A stretch of DNA of 61,101 nucleotides, counting the filler, from Basidiobolus ranarum (Eukaryota), in the NCBI GenBank assembly GCA_040143965.1. It is 4 parts of 4 records of this genome, joined end to end, with 100 filler letters (N's around TTAATTAATTAA, not from the genome) between each part and the next. Parts side by side here need not be neighbours in the genome. Positions count along the whole stretch, not along the records: positions 1 to 15,239 come from JASJQH010007262.1; positions 15,340 to 30,569 come from JASJQH010007263.1; 2 more parts are not named here. One strand, given 5' to 3'. The notes below the pieces were generated by a model, which worked only from the letters and a program-made list of their open reading frames with translations, was not told the origin of the DNA and made no database searches. Positions 13,890 to 25,949 of the stretch are shown piece by piece. The stretch's first letter is position 1. Each line of letters starts with the position of its first letter. The position numbers and the translations under genes are program-made.

Positions 13890-15239
13890 TTCTTACCAAA
13901 ACTTTGAGGCAAACTACAGTCAGTGGACTCAATAGGCAAACTAAAGTCATTTAGTGCACTTATTACTGTTGTTATACACCAGGCTTTGTGCAGCTTGTGG
14001 CTATGTATAGTGACACTGCTTGTGATTATTTTTTCTATGAAGCCTCCTGCCTTGATAGCTCAAGAATTTGTGACTATAATAGCAGGGCTTCTTTAAATGT
14101 TTGTGTTGCAGCATGATAAGGATATTGTAGAAAAAAGAACACCTCCCATGTAAGGGTGGTATCTTAGGTATAGCCCATCAATATCATCAGCTGATTCTGA
14201 GATGGTGTCACAGATGAGTCATTAGGGGATTTACAAGATATTTCTGGTAATGGATGGCAATTTTGGTTTATTATAAGCTGTTTCTAAGCATTTTCATTAA
14301 ACCAAGTATACCATCTGAAAATTTCAATGCCATTCAAAATGCATTCAAAATCTAAGTCAAAATTGGCTTCCAAGCCAAAGCCTGCTGGCACAAAACAAAA
14401 AAAACCAGCAAGAACAGAGGACTTAATTGATGAGCAGTGTAGCTATCGATTATCCACTTTGGAAGGCATTAACATATAGGGAACTAACTGAAGTAATGAT
14501 GAAGCATTAATCAATTTACCAGATGTGTTCCTTTCCAGCAATAGTGCAAGTGAAGCGATTGTAATCCTCCATTTACATAATAAATCAATATTTGAGCAAA
14601 GTTAAACCAAAACACTGTCAAGACCATCAATTTCCAAAATGGCTACTTTGCCCACTATTGAATAGCCCTCCATAGAAAATTTGGATACAATTATTACAAC
14701 CAGGAAATTGCAGGCAGAACACCATAATAATTCATATGTAATCATAAGTAAAAAGTATGAATTTGCCATACAGGCCATGACAAGCAATAACGCTGCAATA
14801 GCGCAATTAATGCAGTGTTTGGCAGCAAATAGACAACAGTTAGAGAGTCACTCAATAATGATACAAGACCTTCAGAATGCTGTACTTGTGCTACAGCAAC
14901 ATGCTGCTCCCTCCATCCATTCTCATATGGGATTTCAATCGATCCCACACCTTACATATGTGACAATCTAGTAGAACAGAATAGGTGCCAGACCATTAAG
15001 CCTACACAATGACCCAAAATTGCTTGGGCACATGAAAGTAGAATTCTTATGTCACCATGACAATCTACCAGAGCACAATATGAGTTTCACCATTAAGCCT
15101 ACACAACAACCCAAAATTGCTTGGGCACATGAAAGTAGAAATCGCATGGCAAAACCAGCAAACCAAAAGACTCTCAATGTCAGAGCTGCCATCACTTGCT
15201 CCAATGATGAGTGGTTTAACATTTTGGAAACTGTGCGGA
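13890..15239. mobile_element. CMC-like element copy D (transposase 5' end plus divergent ORF)
   Basis: Direct homolog of about 1140-2360, e.g. ATATCATCAGCT.ATTCTGAGATGGTGTCACA.ATGAGTCAT and AAAAACCAGCAAGAACAGAGGACT. Confidence 0.85.
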
Positions 15240-15339
15240 NNNNNNNNNNNNNNNNNNNNNNNNNNNNNNNNNNNNNNNNNNNNTTAATTAATTAANNNNN
15301 NNNNNNNNNNNNNNNNNNNNNNNNNNNNNNNNNNNNNNN
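15240..15339. other. Artificial contig linker N44-TTAATTAATTAA-N44
   Basis: Identical six-frame-stop linker occurs three times. Confidence 0.97.
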
Positions 15340-15577
15340 GTATGAAGATCAATAAGTCGCGTACACTTGGTACTACCAAGGCTACAGTAGCTAGTAAAGA
15401 AACCAGGAAGAATTCCCAAGGACTCGCTATGCAAGCAGTCACCAGAATCAGTCCAACCATGGCAACAAGTTCTAAGGTAACAATATTCCTCAGCTTATCC
15501 TGAGTGGTACGTATGAAAGGAATAATGGAAGTCCTTAACGTACTTTTGACGTTCACATTTTCAATACTAAGAATCAT
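15340..15577 (-). CDS. Possible 5' end of a membrane protein gene, cut by the contig end
   Basis: ATG at 15577, plausible gtacgt..cag intron, two hydrophobic stretches (LVAMVGLILVTACIA; FFLVSLLATVALVV). Family not recognised. Confidence 0.35.
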
Positions 15578-16092
15578 GGATGGCTATGGGAATGAGAATG
15601 AGTATGGTTATGGTTATGAACTCAGTAAAGGGTGTGTAATGGAATGAAGAGACAAGCGTTAGATATTGAATTACTCTTCTCTTAACTCTATTCATTTATA
15701 CGTGAAGTTTAACAAAGCAATATCACATGTAATATGCAGAGATTGGCAGGATCGGAACGCTGATTGGACATTTGTTCGATTAGATCTTTGGATGCGTTGA
15801 TTTTCATATGGCAGCGCTCAATTTGGTAGGTACAGATAACAATGAATCAACAATATACTGAGCATATGAAGAAAACTGGAAAAAAAGATTGTTCGGATTT
15901 GCGTTATGTCATTTTCAGGGGGGATACTTAATATGGATAGGTATCATGGGTAATTGCTTATTCCTTTAATCGTATTTGCTGTGACTATTCAATTACCGCA
16001 TTTACTTCTATGCCAGGTGGATAATCGGAAGCTATGGCATTCAGGGCATGTTCCATAATGTTGACACCATTTTCTTACATTATTAAACTGAT

Positions 16093-16287
16093 CTAAAGTA
16101 AAATCAGCCAATCACAATTGGCTCCGAAGGCGTTACACTCAGGTTTCTTCTCTGTACAAACATGTTGAATCCCTCCAGTGACGTATCTACCTGATCGGCG
16201 CAGGCATTTGAGCTCAGCCTGAGATAAAGTAGTAAGGGTCATAAGAGTCAATACAGGCATGGTGATGTTCTTGCTGACGAAATGCAT
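16093..16287 (-). CDS. Putative small secreted Cys-containing peptide
   Basis: MHFVSKNITMPVLTLMTLTTLSQA signal-like segment followed by 40 aa with 4 Cys. Confidence 0.35.
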   Translation of the reverse strand: MHFVSKNITMPVLTLMTLTTLSQAELKCLRRSGRYVTGGIQHVCTEKKPECNAFGANCDWLILL

Positions 16288-17721
16288 TTGCAAGGATTGA
16301 TCAAGTGGACGATTCATGATAATTAGAACAAATGCATTGCCTGATCTTTGTAGATGTGGCAGTGTAAATGTTGTCTATGCATAAGTGCATAAGACTGGAG
16401 TAAACACAGAGGAATTGAGATTGAGGAGAGTCCTAACCTGAGAATCAGTGATAACTCAACATATGCAGTATAATTTAATAATGCCTAAATCTAGTCTAGC
16501 CGGTAATTTCAAACGTGTATTCCTCTAGATCTAGAATGCGATTTAGGGAATGTTGGAAACCGCCACTTCAGTTTCCAATTCGATTGTAATTACTCCAAAA
16601 ACATGTCTTACTTAGAGGCGTTCTTGTTCTAATATTCTCGCTTCTTCAGTCCTTTGCAATAGCTGAATGAAGACCATTACTATGTGTGTATGTATATCTT
16701 GCTGGGTTACCAAATTGCTAGGGGCTTGATGACATATCCTCATTTATAATCCACTTGTTATATTTGTACTAGCTTGAGAACAAAACAGGCTGTTCTTCAA
16801 TAAAAACAGAAGTCATCATAAGCCTGCCAAATACAGGAGTCGCCATATGAAAATCTAGATTTTACGTACATTCGGAATTTCATTACTGACGATGTCAAAC
16901 CAATCATCATGAGTCTAGATTTCTGCTGCATCACCAGATCACTCACACCAAGACTTCCACACTGTACTTTTTATGCACAAAGATATTACAGGTTGTTAAT
17001 GCAAAACTGAACTCTTCAGTGGAAAACAGCGGGTGGTGGAATCCTGTTGAAATTGATGTCAATTGGATAAAATGTATAAAGTCATCAAAACACTTACATT
17101 ACAAAAATCACACCCAAAAGCCATCACGGTTTCCTGTACATACTAGAGGGAGAGTAGGTTGCGCTAGGTAAAGTACATCATTCGCTAACTCTTAATGAGG
17201 GAGAAGCGATTGGTATATAAACCAAGGCTATGCATTTTATACTTATTCAAGAAGTCAATATAAATCATGCACCTTGATTCACTGAAATGACATCCAACGC
17301 ACATTTACCGATTATCGTATGAGAGTTACTGGCTTTGAGCAAGCCTGTAAATGGCACTCATAAATTGGAAATGGTAATTACATCAAATCATTTTAGTAAC
17401 AATATATATATATTTCTTCGATTACTCTCTGGATAGCAGTATGGTAAATTATCACTCACTGTATACATATATCGACTTTTATTATATACACTCCATATTA
17501 ATCTCAGCCATATCTCTATGTATGCGATTTGGAATAGAGAATGTATCTCAAGTGTCCATCTCTGTCTTTCTTTGTTGGTGTAATTGATAAGTATAACAGA
17601 TAGGTGGGTTCGGTAGGTTTCCTTAGTCAAGTTAGTAGTTATATCAAAATTCGTGTAGCATAACTGTACATCGAAAGCCAATTGATAACACACTGATTCC
17701 TCAGAAAGGACTCCCCAACCC

Positions 17722-18510
17722 TAACCCTAACCGCCATCTCCAACTTCATACTCGAATCATCCCAAGCAGCCACTGAGAATTATAGTATTGCCAGAGAACA
17801 TACGCATGCCTCTGCTGATAGGATAACTGCAGATCATGATGTCAATCTAGTAGCTGTTTCAGTCAAAGTACCTTATCACAAGCAACTCATTTTGCCTGTC
17901 ATCGAAGCTAAGATGGATATATTTTCTGCTAGGTGCTAACTTTCCGGAAACCTAAGAGGCAGGTGTAAGAACCATGGTTGGTCTACAAACGCGGTAACAT
18001 GTAGCAGTTATTGAGGCTGAAAAGCTTGTAGATTCTGGAAAACTAGGTGAAAATTTATCAACCACTTTCATGGGAAATGGGCTTAGTTAGGACGATGCTG
18101 CAGATGTATCATATCAAAAACGGTGACACATTAATCATGATACCATCTGGGCATTCTCTGGATGCCCTACGCTATGTGGTGGGTGAGTTCAAATCAGTTA
18201 GTGCTACAGTAGTAGTATCGAGAAAACTACACACAATCCTTTAGCTACATCTAGCACTGTGGTCTCATACATAATGAAGTCTGGTGTACCAGCAACCAAG
18301 GGGATATCGGAAGATTATTGATAAAAAGGTGGTATAATACTGGAAAGTTCAATGTGTCTTTTGAGATCGTAGAACTTCAAAAATTAGACTATTCTTACAA
18401 CATCAAAGGCATATAAGAACATAGCTAATAATGAAGGTGGCTATCCTGCATTTGAGGATAGACATAACTTATTCATGCAATCGAAGCAAGGGCCGGTGAA
18501 AGGATACTTT
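17722..18510 (+). pseudogene. Gfo/Idh/MocA (Gal80-like) oxidoreductase pseudogene
   Basis: DVNLVAVSVKVPYH..LPVIEAK; GVRTMVGLQTR*; DSGKLG; IPSGHSLDALRYVVGEFKSVSA; YPAFED. Stops and deletions throughout. Confidence 0.8.
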
Positions 18511-18918
18511 TATAAATTTTTATTAACCATTATTCATTCTCTTAGTGACTGATGATACTTATAACTCAGCACAAGTCATTTCACCACTTTCAGTCTGCAT
18601 TGAAGAGTGACACAGAGCTGTTGATACACCAATAAAGAGTTCAAAGGTAAAAAATGCTCAAATGCAATGCAAACTTTATGAAAATAACTTGGCTAAGCCT
18701 TTAAGAATATCAACCCATCAAAGTATACGCATAGAGTACGAGAGTGAAGGTCGATAGTGTAAATGTTTAATTTTTTCAATTTGTTCCGCTTCCGTTCAGT
18801 TGTGTATCTATAAATTAAAGTGTACTTTCTGAGAATTGCGTCCTGAGATCTTATTTTAGTTAATTTAGCTCGGCTGCTATGATAACAAGAATATGACTTA
18901 TCTTAAGTTTGTATTCAG

Positions 18919-18990
18919 GGCTCAGTGGTCTAGTCGTATGATTCCTCGTTCGGGTCGTGGAGGTCCCGGGTTCAATTCCCGGCTGAGCCC
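18919..18990 (+). tRNA. tRNA-Pro(CGG)
   Basis: GGCTCAG/CTGAGCC acceptor, CCTCG-TTCGGGT-CGTGG anticodon arm, GTTCAATTCC T loop, T-runs downstream. Confidence 0.93.
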
Positions 18991-19631
18991 TTAATTTTAA
19001 GTTACAATTTACTTTTTTGAACTGGTTTTTCTATTTGCAAGTTAATATTTTTGCATAATGTTTAAGAAAAAGGCGTTTAAGATATATATATTATATATTA
19101 ATATAGGTACGAGTGGCCATGATAGTTTCTATCTCCAAGCTGACTACTTTTGCTCATAGTTGAACCTCCCTATTTCTCTTGTATTTTCAATTTTATACAA
19201 ATTGTTACATGGCCAGACTACTGATTAGTTATATTATGATGAAATTTCAATGTGCCGAAAATTGAAAAGAAAGACACATTAAGTTATTATTCAAAATATT
19301 AGTACATAACTCTTTATTTAATGTAGCATCAATTGTGTTCAGCATCCTGGAGTCATCTGATCAAATGTTCTTTTGGTAATAAGAATGACTGTACTAAGTA
19401 GAGAAATGTTGCATCTTCAGAGAGTTTATAGATAGATAGACAGAATATGGGTAGTCACCCATATACCTGTGTTCTATTTAAACCCTACTAAATACTTCTT
19501 AGTATAAAATATGTTTGTGACAGTAACTCTGTGAGTAGTGTCAATCACGCAAGATTTTACTTTGCTTAACTACTAAATGTTTATGTTTTTCTATATAAGA
19601 TGAAGATTGAAGCTTAGTTTACTGTTGAATT

Positions 19632-19953
19632 TGTTTAAATTAGCATAGCCTAAACATCTATAGACTTTTGTATAGTTCAGTATTTATTTATTCCATCTTG
19701 AACTAAGATACCGCCTCAAGAGGAGTTTACTTAGAAGTTCTCAGATATATAGATTTTTCAAACTTATGTTAGAAGCCCCAAATCTTGTACACATGCTCCT
19801 GAGACCTTTCTTAACATATCCTACGCGTTGGTTTATTCATGACTTGACAAAACTACCAATATCAACTTTCTACTCAATAAATCAATAAGTGAAAAATTTC
19901 AATTTTTCTAGTTCTCCAAACCACTTCCAACAAACTCCCAAAATACTTCAACA
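19632..19953 (-). mobile_element. Solo LTR (copia-type), family 1
   Basis: Reverse-complement homolog of 30724-31071 and 35805-36125; TG..CA ends; flanks GAATT / GACTT (4/5 TSD). Confidence 0.88.
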
Positions 19954-20779
19954 GACTTTACTGGCTTGGTTACTTTTAGTACCTTACCTTTGCCAAATCA
20001 ATTTCAACGACCTTACCGGTACAGTTAGCCTAATATGTCTGGAACTAATGCTCTTTCGCAGTTAGACTGGAACTTACACATAATAATTTTGGTAGGGAAT
20101 GATCTATTGCCAGTATGGGCCTACTTAGGGCCTATCTCTGAGAGAAGAAATGGTAATACCTACTGTCTATGTCAATGTGATGGAGACCGTCCAAGCCTTT
20201 TGGTTTGTATGCTGTTACAGGACGAGATGGAGAATGATAAGTTCGAAGATGAAGTATGTGATAAGGGGAAGCCTCCAAGTGTCCTAGAAGAGGACACTTG
20301 CACTTCTTTTGAGATGATGTCCCCACATGACATGCCATCCAATCATTTTGATATATTGGAAAGAGACCTAGCTATCAGTAATTGAGACATTGAACCTTGG
20401 TTTTTACCAGGTTATGACGATTCCCTAGATGATCAAATCTCCCGAAACTGGTCTCCAACTATAGGCAGATTGGGTGGATGATCTTCATGTTTCTAAACTG
20501 AACAACTTATGGTATGTCCTGGCTGACATGAATTGGAAGAGAGAAAGAAGACTGGCTTAATTGATGAGACGAGAACTCATAGTATTCCAATGCTACCTCT
20601 GTTTTGTTTGACACCTACTAGTTCCGAAACGTGAAATGTTGATAGAGATCTGCGTTTAAGAGCTAGTGAGATAGTCTTTGAGAAAGAGAGTAATTGTCAA
20701 CAAGAAGGGATACGCGACTCGCGATGACATCCCAAAATTCACCTTGAATCAATTGATCCGGAGTTGAGATCTTAGTCAC

Positions 20780-23260
20780 CATTCCATTAATCGAACAAAT
20801 CACCAGAATCGCGATCTTGATCAATACTCCATACGCTTACACTACCAAGACATATCTCTTGTGCGAGGTTCGCTTTGGCTTTGATCGATTCTATGTCATC
20901 ATAGACAACAATGTCCATCTTGGATTCGCCATGGGTAATGATGGTACTGAGCGTGTCTGGTTAAAGATTTCTCTTTCGACGTCACCTGGAGCACTATATC
21001 CAAATAGATCTCGAACTCCATAATATGGACAGATTCTTGAATTCTCAACACACATACTTAGAGATTCACCATTTGTCACTGCGCAGCCAGCCCAGTGACA
21101 GTTAGGATCTGCTAGTTTATAGGGCTTGCCAAAATTCACCTAAGGATAAGTTTCGGTAAATATCGAATAGAGTAAAATTAGAAAAATCATCTAAAGAAAC
21201 CACTTACATGCCAAAGAACCGAAGTCCCATTAAAAGTTTTTCACGAGGTACATCGAGAGCTCGAATTTGTTCTAGATTACTTTTTAGCTCACTACCGCTT
21301 GTAACAAACTTCGCTTTGGCATCTGCATCGGAATCTAGATTTGGAGTTATGCTAGTATAGTTCACTGGAAAACCAAGCTAGTCTATGTTAGAGATGGTAT
21401 GGTGAATGAAGCAATCAATATATCGGCTCCTACTAAATCTAGCACGTTTGTAGTTGAAGCTTTCCAGAAGTTACATGATGTGGCAACCGTCAATCTTTGA
21501 AGGCCTCTCGAAATTCCGTTATAGATATGACAAATTTTTCCCGATTGATTTCAGTAGCGAATTCCATATCAAGATCATTCAATTTACCACTAAGACAAAA
21601 TGGTTTATTTTGCATCAATTTGATAAGCAAAACTCAGTTTATACGTACCTAGTCAAGTACTGTCTGAAAGAGTTGACGATGATCTTACGCTTGCTATTAG
21701 AATGTACAAGCGAAATGAAATTGGCCGAATTGATGTTGAAATCCCACCCTCCAACTAAGAAAATCAGCAAGTTGCAACGTTTCATATGGATTAATTGAGT
21801 TGTGTGGATTATCGTCACTTGCTGCAACTATTAACTTAATTGCGTTACAAAGCCGTCCTAATTCGCTAGCAAATTCCGTTGACTCTCAGATGCTTATACT
21901 CCATCCCAATACGTGAATTTGTATCCCATCCGAATTGGGTCATCACATCCTTTGACGAACCTTCAGAGCTGTAGTAGGGTTGATAATCCAGATATGGCCT
22001 TTGCTCTTGCATTTGCTCTTTTAAGGTATTTCAGAAGGATATAATCTAAAATGATGGCTTAATATAATCACCATACATGATTCAGAGATGCACTTACCTA
22101 TGGACCTGGTAAAAATATCTTGGAGCATATATTGATTGTCATGATAATCGCTGGTCATCACGCCCCAAGAAACATACATGTTTTTTACGACTGGCACTCC
22201 AGCCCAAAGATCTACTCCTGGATGATAGTCGAAAAACTCTCCTTCGGGATCAAGTAGAAGCTTATTATCTCCTTTAATTCCAGCTCGACTCACGGTTCGA
22301 TCCACCATGTACCCCTTGAATTTCTTCGATGATTGAAGTGGTTTTATCATTTTTCTAATGAAAGTCCACACTACCCTCCAACAAATCCTTTGGGTGGAAC
22401 TTTTCCGTGGAGGGGCTAAAATTTTGGGGCTGCATCGCGATACTGAACTCTGAAAAAATCTCGACCTGACCAAATTCAACCATCTTTGGCAGTAATTTGA
22501 TAACTTTCAGTGACTACTTGAAAATACAGCATGGAGTCCGGATCCCAACGACTACCATTAGGGCTTAGATGCCATATATGGTATCAGAATTTGGCTTGAA
22601 TGATATTCTAGTAGAGCTAGGCTGCGTGGGGTCTGTCCCTTGGCCATTAATAAAAAAAAGCCATTTTGGAGAGATAAATTTAGTCAGATAATTGATGCAC
22701 CTCCAATCCAATTTGAATCCTTTTGCCAGCAGCCCGAGTCCCAATGTATTGAGAACATCCATGTCAACGCTTGGAGTAGTACAAAAACGCCTTCATCTCA
22801 TCTAAATCCAGAAAAAGGCTTTAGTAATATTCCATTACAACGTGGGTAAGACTAAGTAATATGAATATCGTGTCTATCAGATTAAGAGCATTCCATATCC
22901 CAGTCAGTAAACATGTTTCCATTAATCATCCTGCAGATTTGCAAACTTGGATTTACTTGCAGACTACCATACATGAATCCGAATACTTCATTTTTGGTTA
23001 CAGGAAATTATGATTACCTTTATATGGTAAAACAGAGTTAATTTTGGATATGTTTGTGACTTTGTGTTATTAATTTCTTTCCATATATAGCAGGCAGACG
23101 ACCTGAAAACCTCCAATGGAATTGAAATGTTTTGCAAACAACTTTACCTTCAAAAACAATGAAGATTGCAGTTCTAGATGGAGTGCTATTGTTGTTGGAG
23201 TTCTTTAATGCTAGCCAATCAGGATGAGATATAAATCCAAGACACTCAAATTTGCACACT
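20780..23260 (-). pseudogene. GH18 chitinase pseudogene (killer-toxin-like subgroup C features) with long unrecognised N-terminal region; core about 20800-21950
   Basis: In order: RMGY..W; LVGGWDFN..F..L..S..R; degenerate LNDLDMEF (DxxDxDxE position); VPREKLLMGL.FFG; YKLADPNCHWAGC; YDDIESIKAKA..CLGSVSVWSIDQD. Remnant GT-AG introns. The 5' limit is uncertain. Confidence 0.8.
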
Positions 23261-23744
23261 CAAAGAATCTATGTATATATTCAAGATTTTTAACGTTATC
23301 ATCATATGTTTATGCCCATCATTGATAATTCGGTTTATTCCATACCATTGCCATACATAATAACTACATTAAAAGCACCCTGCCGCCACCTAAAATATAC
23401 CAATTTGACCACAAAGAATAACGGTTTTGTGAATCTATCTATGCAGCTTGCACTACATTTCAGAACTTCTGGAACATCTAAGTGGAGTTTGGTAATGCAC
23501 GAACAAAACTGGGTGAAAAGCAATAATTGCTAGTTAGGAATAACTATTTGCTTACTGTTGGGGGCTAGATATGACTAGATAATAAATTGGCTGTGTTATA
23601 AAGATGTTGGTATAAAAAGAGTCGACTCTTTCAGAGTGTGTCGAATATTTCTATTAATACATATTAATCATCATCACTCTTTTATCCGTATACTAATGAG
23701 GTTCTCCAATACTTTAGTTCTCGCCATCTCCTGTATTTACTTCC

Positions 23745-24500
23745 ATGCTACACGAATCCCACAAGGGAAATGTCTACCAAAATAATATGCTGAAGATGGC
23801 TGGATGTAAAGCTTGGGTAGCATTGTGTGGAAATAGTACCTCCGTAGTAAACAATGTAAGAATGGGCCAGAGATTTCCAACATCCCTACTACCACAGAAG
23901 CATTCGATTTCATCATCAATATATGTACCGAGATGAATATACCAGGATGTGATCAATGTATAGTTGATCCTAAAGGCTGTGATAATATCTCTACCTAATC
24001 TGACTTGTGTACATCCATGCCCGAGATGAGCCAATGCAAAAAGTTATCCGCTATGTGTTATGCCACCACTAATATCCCTTTCTGTAATAGTGACTCCTCT
24101 AGCAGTGGAGAACCTGCTCCATCCATATTATGTACTTGCACACTGGCACTCACGAATGTATTTTATTCAAGAACTAGGTCCCAAAGTCCAATGGTCAATC
24201 GGTTGGAGCATGGTTTGCAGTTTTCTTCATTGGAGCGCTTTACGATGAATTCGGTGTTTTCGGAAACCTCGAATTCAAATGGGCACTGACTAATCAATCT
24301 AGCTCTTCAGTATCTTTGGGCTACTTTACTGCCAGTTGACCACGTGATCCATCAGATTGGCCATGAGATTTATGGATGCTACTGTGGGATATTCTCTCAT
24401 GTTGGTTATCATGACGTTGAATGTGGCACTGTTTTTCTCTGTAAATACTGGATTAGCAGTTTAGGATTTTTTGTTTACCAAGCTCCAAGCAGTTTCAGTT
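23745..24500 (+). pseudogene. Ctr copper transporter pseudogene with Cys/Met-rich ectodomain
   Basis: MLKMAGC, ICTEMNIPGCDQC and LCTSMPEMSQC repeats; MYLHTG..ILFKN*VPKS; GYSLMLVIMTLN (MxxxM); G-x3 TM3 remnant. Frameshifts and stops. Confidence 0.85.
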
Positions 24501-25253
24501 GAATCCAAAATTAGTTGTCATGAACTGCAAGCTTACTTCAATATCTACTTCCACAGGTAAACGATTGTGCAAGTATTAAACCCAGCATCGTGTCTCCATA
24601 CTTGTGAATCTAATCATTGTAATTGTTCAAATCATCTTTATCTCCACTATTACCAGTACTTAATAATGAACCAATATGTAAATTATCATCATTTTTTGTA
24701 GATTATAATTCCTTGACTGCTGCTTAGAGTAAACAAAATGAGTAAGTCAATAACTTTTCTATACTACCTTGAAACTTATCTTCTCAAGCATGATTAACCT
24801 ATGCAGAATATATTATTCTCATATGAGCAAGGTGTATTGGAGAAAGTATGTTTGGAAGGGAAATCCTGAAAGACCTAGTTTAGTGCTATTCAGGTTGTAT
24901 ACAACGACTTTATATTCTGAGATACTTTCTATGTGCATATCAAATATCCAAAACAATATACCAGTACTTGGCTTTTTCCACTATCAGAGTTGTGCAGATT
25001 GCCTACGCTGCGTTGTTACTTTCAATATGTTATGAATTTGATTGCCGTTCAACGTTTTCATGTGGAGTAAGTTGGGCAGATTATCCTCACTGAAGGTAAC
25101 AGCCATAATATAGCTATAACGAGTACATTATGTATCTTTTATTAGACAGTAAATCATGCAAGGCAAAAAATTATTGAAATCATAATTAAAAATTGTTTAT
25201 TAGCCTTATTTAACAACGACGCACGTCAATAATGTTGCATCCTAAGCACAAAC

Positions 25254-25687
25254 ATGGTTGGTGGACGTTATTTCGGAGACTTTAATTGTCTTTTCATGAC
25301 TATTGTCCCTCGCGCCGATCTGTTGTCTTCAGATGCCAAGTCAGCTTATCGTGTAGCTCACGTCATTAGATCGTCTCTAAATGAGCAACTTTCAACCGAA
25401 GCCATTGCGGATAGAATTCGCTCTATGGAAGCACCCGAACATACCATACCCCCGTCGAACTTTTTGGCCTGCTGATTAGGCATTTACCAATTGGTGTTGA
25501 TTCCATTTGCAAGGTGAAGACATGGATCTCGGATGGGAAAAACCTTGAAGCAACTGCAGGTGAAGGCATTCCCCTACCGGGTTATGTTTGTTCATTGAAG
25601 CAGAAGACTACTGAAGATGTAACTATTATCATGACTGTAGCAAAAGAAGGTTCAGATACGATGAAAACAGACACTTTGTTGAAGTGA
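25254..25687 (+). pseudogene. BAHD/transferase-family acyltransferase, C-terminal remnant
   Basis: YFGD..VAHVIRSS..FTNWC*..DMDLGWEKP (DFGWG motif equivalent). Confidence 0.7.
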
Positions 25688-25949
25688 AACCGATAGTATT
25701 ATCACAAGATCTAACAACGCACGAGAGCAGTATCCATATACGACTATCTATCAAGTGATCTACCCAGATATAATCAACATAAAGGGGAAATGCGCCACTT
25801 AGGTATAATCTTTATTTATAGAACAAGATAGAACCAGATTAAGGACTAGTAGGTTCAGACAACTATATGAATAAATATGAATGGTTAACTCAAGTTATTG
25901 GTCATGAACCTAAACTAATTAGCATGACATGTCTGGTCGGCTAAACTTT

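Noticed and set aside
1-15239. Classical Neurospora-type RIP
   Set aside because: CpA and TpG are abundant; the missing dinucleotide is CpG.
15284-15295. TTAATTAATTAA as a biological palindrome, and ORFs ending in XXXLIN
   Set aside because: Assembly linker.
17719-17730. (CCCTAA)2 as an interstitial telomere
   Set aside because: Only two units, and it runs in frame into TLTAISN of the oxidoreductase remnant.
18945-18960. U.U mismatch in the tRNA-Pro anticodon stem as a sign of pseudogenisation
   Set aside because: All other stems, the internal promoter boxes and the terminator are intact and CpGs are retained.
20035-20640. Plus-strand 116-aa ORF with YCLCQC and downstream fragments
   Set aside because: May be another decayed gene, but no family was recognisable.
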